Below, one piece after another: positions 16,596 through 20,000 of a stretch of 20,000 bases of DNA. The stretch lies in IMG/VR virus record IMGVR_UViG_3300015607_005478, one strand, 5' to 3'. The translations under genes were made by a program, and so were the position numbers. The DNA is from an uncultured virus (IMG/VR IMGVR_UViG_3300015607_005478). Lineage: Duplodnaviria; Heunggongvirae; Uroviricota; Caudoviricetes. The notes under the pieces were generated by a model. It was not told the origin of the DNA, searched no databases, and worked only from the letters and a program-made list of their open reading frames with translations. Position 1 is the stretch's first letter. Every line of letters starts with the position of its first letter.

Positions 16596-17444
16596 ATGTT
16601 CGTTTGGGGAAGGCACCATGCTGCCCTCTGCCGAGCTCGGCAGATCATCGACTTTCTAGGCGCGAGACTTGATCGCGGTCCGCACCTCACCGTCATCAGG
16701 GAGTTCAACGAGCCGTCTCTTCTTATGGGACTCGGCGTTCGCCTCAGCTCGATTGTGCTGGTGTGCTCGAGCGAGGAGGCTCTTGAGGTGGAGCGACATC
16801 TGCCGCAGCTTCGTATCATCGCCGATGATCTTTCCGGCGCCATCAAAGACTGCCGACGCCGTTACACCTACGCGTTCTACGAAGCTCCGGGAGAAGGCAC
16901 GCTTACCACGCGTGCGGTCGACGAGTTCCAGCAGATCCTCTCTCAGGGCGTCGCCACCGACGGTCTGGCTGCTATCTCCTTCACCCTCAACGCGAGCGAG
17001 GATGAAGAAGAAGCACCCGAGCTCGTGAAGATCATCAGTGAACGTGAGGTTGGTGCTGACAATCCAACTCTGAGGTCTATCGACCTTACAGCGTCGCTTC
17101 GGGTGGCGGCGTTGCTACAGATGAACGCCTGGCGTTTTCAAACGACAACGGTGTGGGAGCCCAGTCACGTCTTTGCCTGGGAACTTCCTGACGGCGGCTG
17201 CGAAGCCTTTGCGATTGGGCCGGTTCGACGTGGGCGTCGAGCGCAGACTGCCGTGCTCGGAGACAGAATCTTTGCACCGGTCACGGCCGCCACGCTGGCC
17301 TCGGACGAGGAGGGCTTCAAGCACCGCATCGTCGAGTTCTTCGAACGCTTCAACAGCACACTGGCCGACCGCGACATGACCATCGCCACTCTCGCAGCCG
17401 TCATCAACATTCCGTTCAAAGAGGTTTCGACATGGATCAAGTGA
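16596..17444 (+). CDS. hypothetical protein (282 aa) with possible C-terminal helix-turn-helix
   Basis: AGGAGG SD; C-terminus RDMTIATLAAVINIPFKEVSTW fits an HTH pattern. Confidence 0.75.
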   Translation: MFVWGRHHAALCRARQIIDFLGARLDRGPHLTVIREFNEPSLLMGLGVRLSSIVLVCSSEEALEVERHLPQLRIIADDLSGAIKDCRRRYTYAFYEAPGEGTLTTRAVDEFQQILSQGVATDGLAAISFTLNASEDEEEAPELVKIISEREVGADNPTLRSIDLTASLRVAALLQMNAWRFQTTTVWEPSHVFAWELPDGGCEAFAIGPVRRGRRAQTAVLGDRIFAPVTAATLASDEEGFKHRIVEFFERFNSTLADRDMTIATLAAVINIPFKEVSTWIK

Positions 17445-18172
17445 ACATCCGCGCTGTTCTCGTTTCTCACTTCCCGCCAGCGTTCACCCACGAGACGCTC
17501 ATCCCAAAGATGAACGAGCTCGGTGTGCAGGTCGACCAGGTTGTGAACGCTGAGCGCAACAAGGACTTCGGCCTCGGTTCGGCCAACCTCGTCATCTGCA
17601 TGAGGGACTACATGAGCCATTCGTCCTACGACGCGGCGAAGGACGCGGCGAAGAAAGCCTCGTTGCCCTTCGTGGCGCTCACGCGAAAGTCGTCCGACTG
17701 GGAATCGAAGTTGGGCGTGGCCGTGAAGCGCATACAAGCGGCACGCGTTCCGGCGAAGCCAAAGCGCCCCAATGCCAGGTTTGCGGACGTGTCGACCCTC
17801 GGGTACACCCCGCCCGAGCCGATCTCAGAGCCCGTCACGGAGCCAGAGGAACCGCCGGAAGCGACGACCGACGAGCTTCGCGAGCTGCTTGCGATGTTCG
17901 AGGAGGACAACACAAAGCTAGGTCTCGAGCTCAAGGCCGCAGAGCACCTAGCCGCCAGCCGCCAAGAAGAAATCTACGGGCTGATGCGTCAACATGAAGC
18001 GAATCTCGCGCAATTCGCAAAGGACTTCTTCAACAAGCAGACGCTGCTCGAGGGCCTCCGGGTCCTCGCAGACTTGAAGGCCGAGAAGCCGGGGGCAATG
18101 CGTGCCGTTCTGGGCTTCGCTCATAAGACCGGCCTCACCATCCCAGAGCTCCTCGAGCTCGTCGGCGTCTGA
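17432..18172 (+). CDS. DUF2325-like domain protein with Pro/Glu linker and coiled coil (246 aa)
   Basis: GAGGT SD; ANLVICMRDYMSHSSYDAAKDAAKKASLPFV resembles the DUF2325 core; PEPISEPVTEPEEPP linker. Confidence 0.7.
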   Translation: MDQVNIRAVLVSHFPPAFTHETLIPKMNELGVQVDQVVNAERNKDFGLGSANLVICMRDYMSHSSYDAAKDAAKKASLPFVALTRKSSDWESKLGVAVKRIQAARVPAKPKRPNARFADVSTLGYTPPEPISEPVTEPEEPPEATTDELRELLAMFEEDNTKLGLELKAAEHLAASRQEEIYGLMRQHEANLAQFAKDFFNKQTLLEGLRVLADLKAEKPGAMRAVLGFAHKTGLTIPELLELVGV

Positions 18173-18174
18173 TC

Positions 18175-18219
18175 GGGAAAGAGCAGCGGCAAAAGCCTCT
18201 GCTCTTTTTCTAGCTCTCG
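18175..18219 (+). terminator. terminator-like hairpin with TAGCTCTCG tail
   Basis: GGGAAAGAGCAGcGGC-AAAA-GCCtCTGCTCTTTTTC (one mismatch), just after the stop at 18172. Confidence 0.7.
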
Positions 18220-18220
18220 C

Positions 18221-18239
18221 GGCATAAGAAGAGCGGAGG
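18221..18239 (+). promoter_or_regulatory. repeated promoter-like motif copy 5 plus SD
   Basis: GGCATAAGA-AGA-GCGG(AGG), upstream of ATG 18247. Confidence 0.65.
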
Positions 18240-18246
18240 AACATGC

Positions 18247-18348
18247 ATGCTTCGTAAGCTTCACATCGCTTTTGGCATCATCATCGCCGTCCTGGCGGCG
18301 CTCGACGCCGTCATCGTGCAGATGATCAACCAGGGATACAGGTGCTGA
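18247..18348 (+). CDS. 33-aa hydrophobic membrane peptide, absent from ORF track
   Basis: GGAGG 7 nt upstream; MLRKLHIAFGIIIAVLAALDAVIVQMINQGYRC*. Confidence 0.7.
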   Translation: MLRKLHIAFGIIIAVLAALDAVIVQMINQGYRC

Positions 18349-18429
18349 AGGTTATTTCTGTTGGCGCTCGAAGAGCTTATTGAGACCTGGTTGCTCGACC
18401 AGATAGGTCGCGGCTCGGATGGCAAGAAG

Positions 18430-18621
18430 ATGGCTGAGCGCCCCGTTTACACCATCACGATCGGTCTCGTGCTCGAGGACGATTCGTGGTGTCTCGAGAC
18501 AGATGCCGGCAACATGGCGCTCACGGTTGGCATTGTGCAGATGGTCCTATGGGACCTCAAAAACATCACCGTCAAAGACTGGTCCGAGCGACCAATGGAA
18601 TCGGAGAAGAACAATGGGTGA
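18430..18621 (+). CDS. small hypothetical protein (63 aa; 86 aa if TTG 18361 is used)
   Basis: Typical codon usage, overlaps next start; start uncertain. Confidence 0.6.
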   Translation: MAERPVYTITIGLVLEDDSWCLETDAGNMALTVGIVQMVLWDLKNITVKDWSERPMESEKNNG

Positions 18622-18946
18622 TATCGATGAACGGCGCCGAGCCGCCGGCGCAAAGGTCAAAGCCGGCGCCCAGAAGCGCAAAGAGCGAGACGAGAAGATC
18701 CTCTCGAACAAGGAGCGCGAGGCAGCACGTGTTGAAGACGACAAGAAGGCCCGCACCTGCGATTGCGCCGAGAAGATGGATGAGGCGCTCAAGCCGTACA
18801 ACGGGATGCTCGTTGGGTCGCTACGTTTGAACAACGCTCCTCGTCGCGTCTACATCATGGTCGAGAAGCGCGATGACATGTCGCGCACGAAACCGCCGAT
18901 GGTCGCAGCAAGCTACTGCCCGTTCTGTGGGGTGAAGCAGCCATGA
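18614..18946 (+). CDS. hypothetical phage protein with CxC...YCPFCG motif (110 aa)
   Basis: GGAG SD; ATG overlaps previous stop (preferred over track start 18419). Confidence 0.75.
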   Translation: MGDIDERRRAAGAKVKAGAQKRKERDEKILSNKEREAARVEDDKKARTCDCAEKMDEALKPYNGMLVGSLRLNNAPRRVYIMVEKRDDMSRTKPPMVAASYCPFCGVKQP

Positions 18947-19317
18947 AGCCGCTGCTTATCTCCATCGCTGGACGCGTGGGTCACTCATTCGAAGTGAAGA
19001 CGATGATCAAGGGCTTCGGGGTACACGCACGCGGTATGACGGTTACCGCGTCTGGGGAGAAGAGCGCCACGGTGGAGACCGCACCTTTGCGCGGTCGTTC
19101 TTTCATCGTCACGTTCCGCGCAGGTAAGGTCGGCCTCATCGCCGGCTGCTCATGCAGCACGCCGCAAGCAGAGCGCCCGTGCCGGCACATGTGGGCTGCT
19201 CTCCTCGAGATTGACAAGCAAGGCGGACTCACTGCATTCCGCAGGAGGCGAGGACCTATCACCCTCAGCTGTCCTCCCGGAAAGAAGGAGAAGAAAGATG
19301 CCCGCCGCGTCGGCTAA
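18943..19317 (+). CDS. stand-alone SWIM zinc-finger protein (124 aa)
   Basis: CSC-x8-CRH then MWAALL matches SWIM CxCxnCxH; ATGA overlap. Confidence 0.75.
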   Translation: MKPLLISIAGRVGHSFEVKTMIKGFGVHARGMTVTASGEKSATVETAPLRGRSFIVTFRAGKVGLIAGCSCSTPQAERPCRHMWAALLEIDKQGGLTAFRRRRGPITLSCPPGKKEKKDARRVG

Positions 19318-19660
19318 ACGTCAGCCCAAGGTCACGAAGGCCTATAGCTGCTCGAACTGCGGCAAAGTCTTTCGGCATGACGTGCACGGAAAGGCTGCGG
19401 CCGAGATTTGCTGCACGTGCCCGAAATGCGGCGGGCCTTGTGACCGCTACATTGGCTCGAGCGATAAGTACTGCGCTTCGTGCAAAAACAACGCTGAGTG
19501 GGAGAACGCGGTGAAGTACTTGAAGGACTCGCTCCTGAAGTACATCGCCGTGTCCCGTGCGCAGAAGAAGCGCGACCCAGAGATTGACCGCTTCATGAAG
19601 CGCTTCGTGGAGGAGGCGCCAAAAGAAGCGCCCGTACCAGTGAAGAGGAAGCATGCCTAA
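19298..19660 (+). CDS. multi-Cys zinc-binding protein (120 aa)
   Basis: AAGGAG SD; CSNC, CCTCPKC, YCASC. Confidence 0.75.
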   Translation: MPAASAKRQPKVTKAYSCSNCGKVFRHDVHGKAAAEICCTCPKCGGPCDRYIGSSDKYCASCKNNAEWENAVKYLKDSLLKYIAVSRAQKKRDPEIDRFMKRFVEEAPKEAPVPVKRKHA

Positions 19661-20000
19661 GAAGATCAAGAAAGACCCCGGCATCACGTGTCGGTTCTGC
19701 GATACAGCCGGACACGCCGCCATCGTGCCTCTTCCAGGACGAGGGCCGGAATCTGCCCGCTGCATCTTCTGTTTGGGCAAGCACATCGAACAACAGAACG
19801 CCCAGATCAAGAGCCTCCAGGCCGACGTCAAAGCCGCCGAAGAGGAACGCATCGGTGAGTCCATCAACGATGGCCGCCGCGATATCGCTGAGGTACTTGT
19901 CGGCGCTCTTCAGCCAGATCTCATCGTGCCGTTGGCTGAGAAGATGGTGGTGCGTATCGTCGATGACCCCTACGACGGTATCCGCGAGTTGATCGCGGAA
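19653..20000 (+). CDS. hypothetical CxxC-CxxC protein with coiled coil, 3'-partial
   Basis: GAGGA SD; MPKKIKKDPGITCRFC...RCIFC...; frame open to window end. Confidence 0.75.
   Translation, partial: MPKKIKKDPGITCRFCDTAGHAAIVPLPGRGPESARCIFCLGKHIEQQNAQIKSLQADVKAAEEERIGESINDGRRDIAEVLVGALQPDLIVPLAEKMVVRIVDDPYDGIRELIAE

Noticed and set aside
17630..17653. Perfect 12-bp tandem repeat GACGCGGCGAAG x2
   Set aside because: In-frame DAAK-DAAK within a helix; only two units
1..20000. Stop-codon reassignment as an explanation for short genes or the fused 543-aa ORF
   Set aside because: TAA, TAG and TGA all end genes at sensible boundaries with overlaps, SDs or hairpins following
1..20000. CRISPR array, tRNA, integrase or transposase
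   Set aside because: No regularly spaced repeats, cloverleaf or catalytic motifs seen; recurring motifs are short and dispersed

Overview
About 60% GC, densely coding window in which every credible gene lies on the + strand. Roughly 40 mostly short, often overlapping or abutting hypothetical genes, many with Cys/His zinc-binding motifs, look like the accessory region of a large tailed phage, possibly with a myxobacterial host (inference). Recognisable products: orotate phosphoribosyltransferase (pyrE), a REC-EAL c-di-GMP phosphodiesterase with intact motifs, an HExxH zincin-like protein, a papain-like Cys-His-Asp protein, DUF6527-like, DUF2325-like and stand-alone SWIM proteins, and a 1141-aa probable virion structural protein. 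No tRNA, rRNA, CRISPR array, integrase or transposase was seen. The most striking signals are non-coding. (1) A promoter-like motif GGNAYAAGA-N3-RYGG occurs five times, always just upstream of a gene start. (2) Four terminator-like hairpins all end in TAGCYYYCG. (3) Several genes have a leaderless-type TANNNY box 6-7 nt before the start codon. (4) An AT-rich structured spacer at 16412-16595 contains a 20-bp perfect inverted repeat and a possible pseudoknot. (5) A terminator/anti-Shine-Dalgarno RNA switch precedes an unannotated 33-aa membrane peptide. A 56-aa zinc-finger gene also lies in the +1 frame inside the 543-aa ORF. All family calls are motif recognition by eye; no database searches were run.
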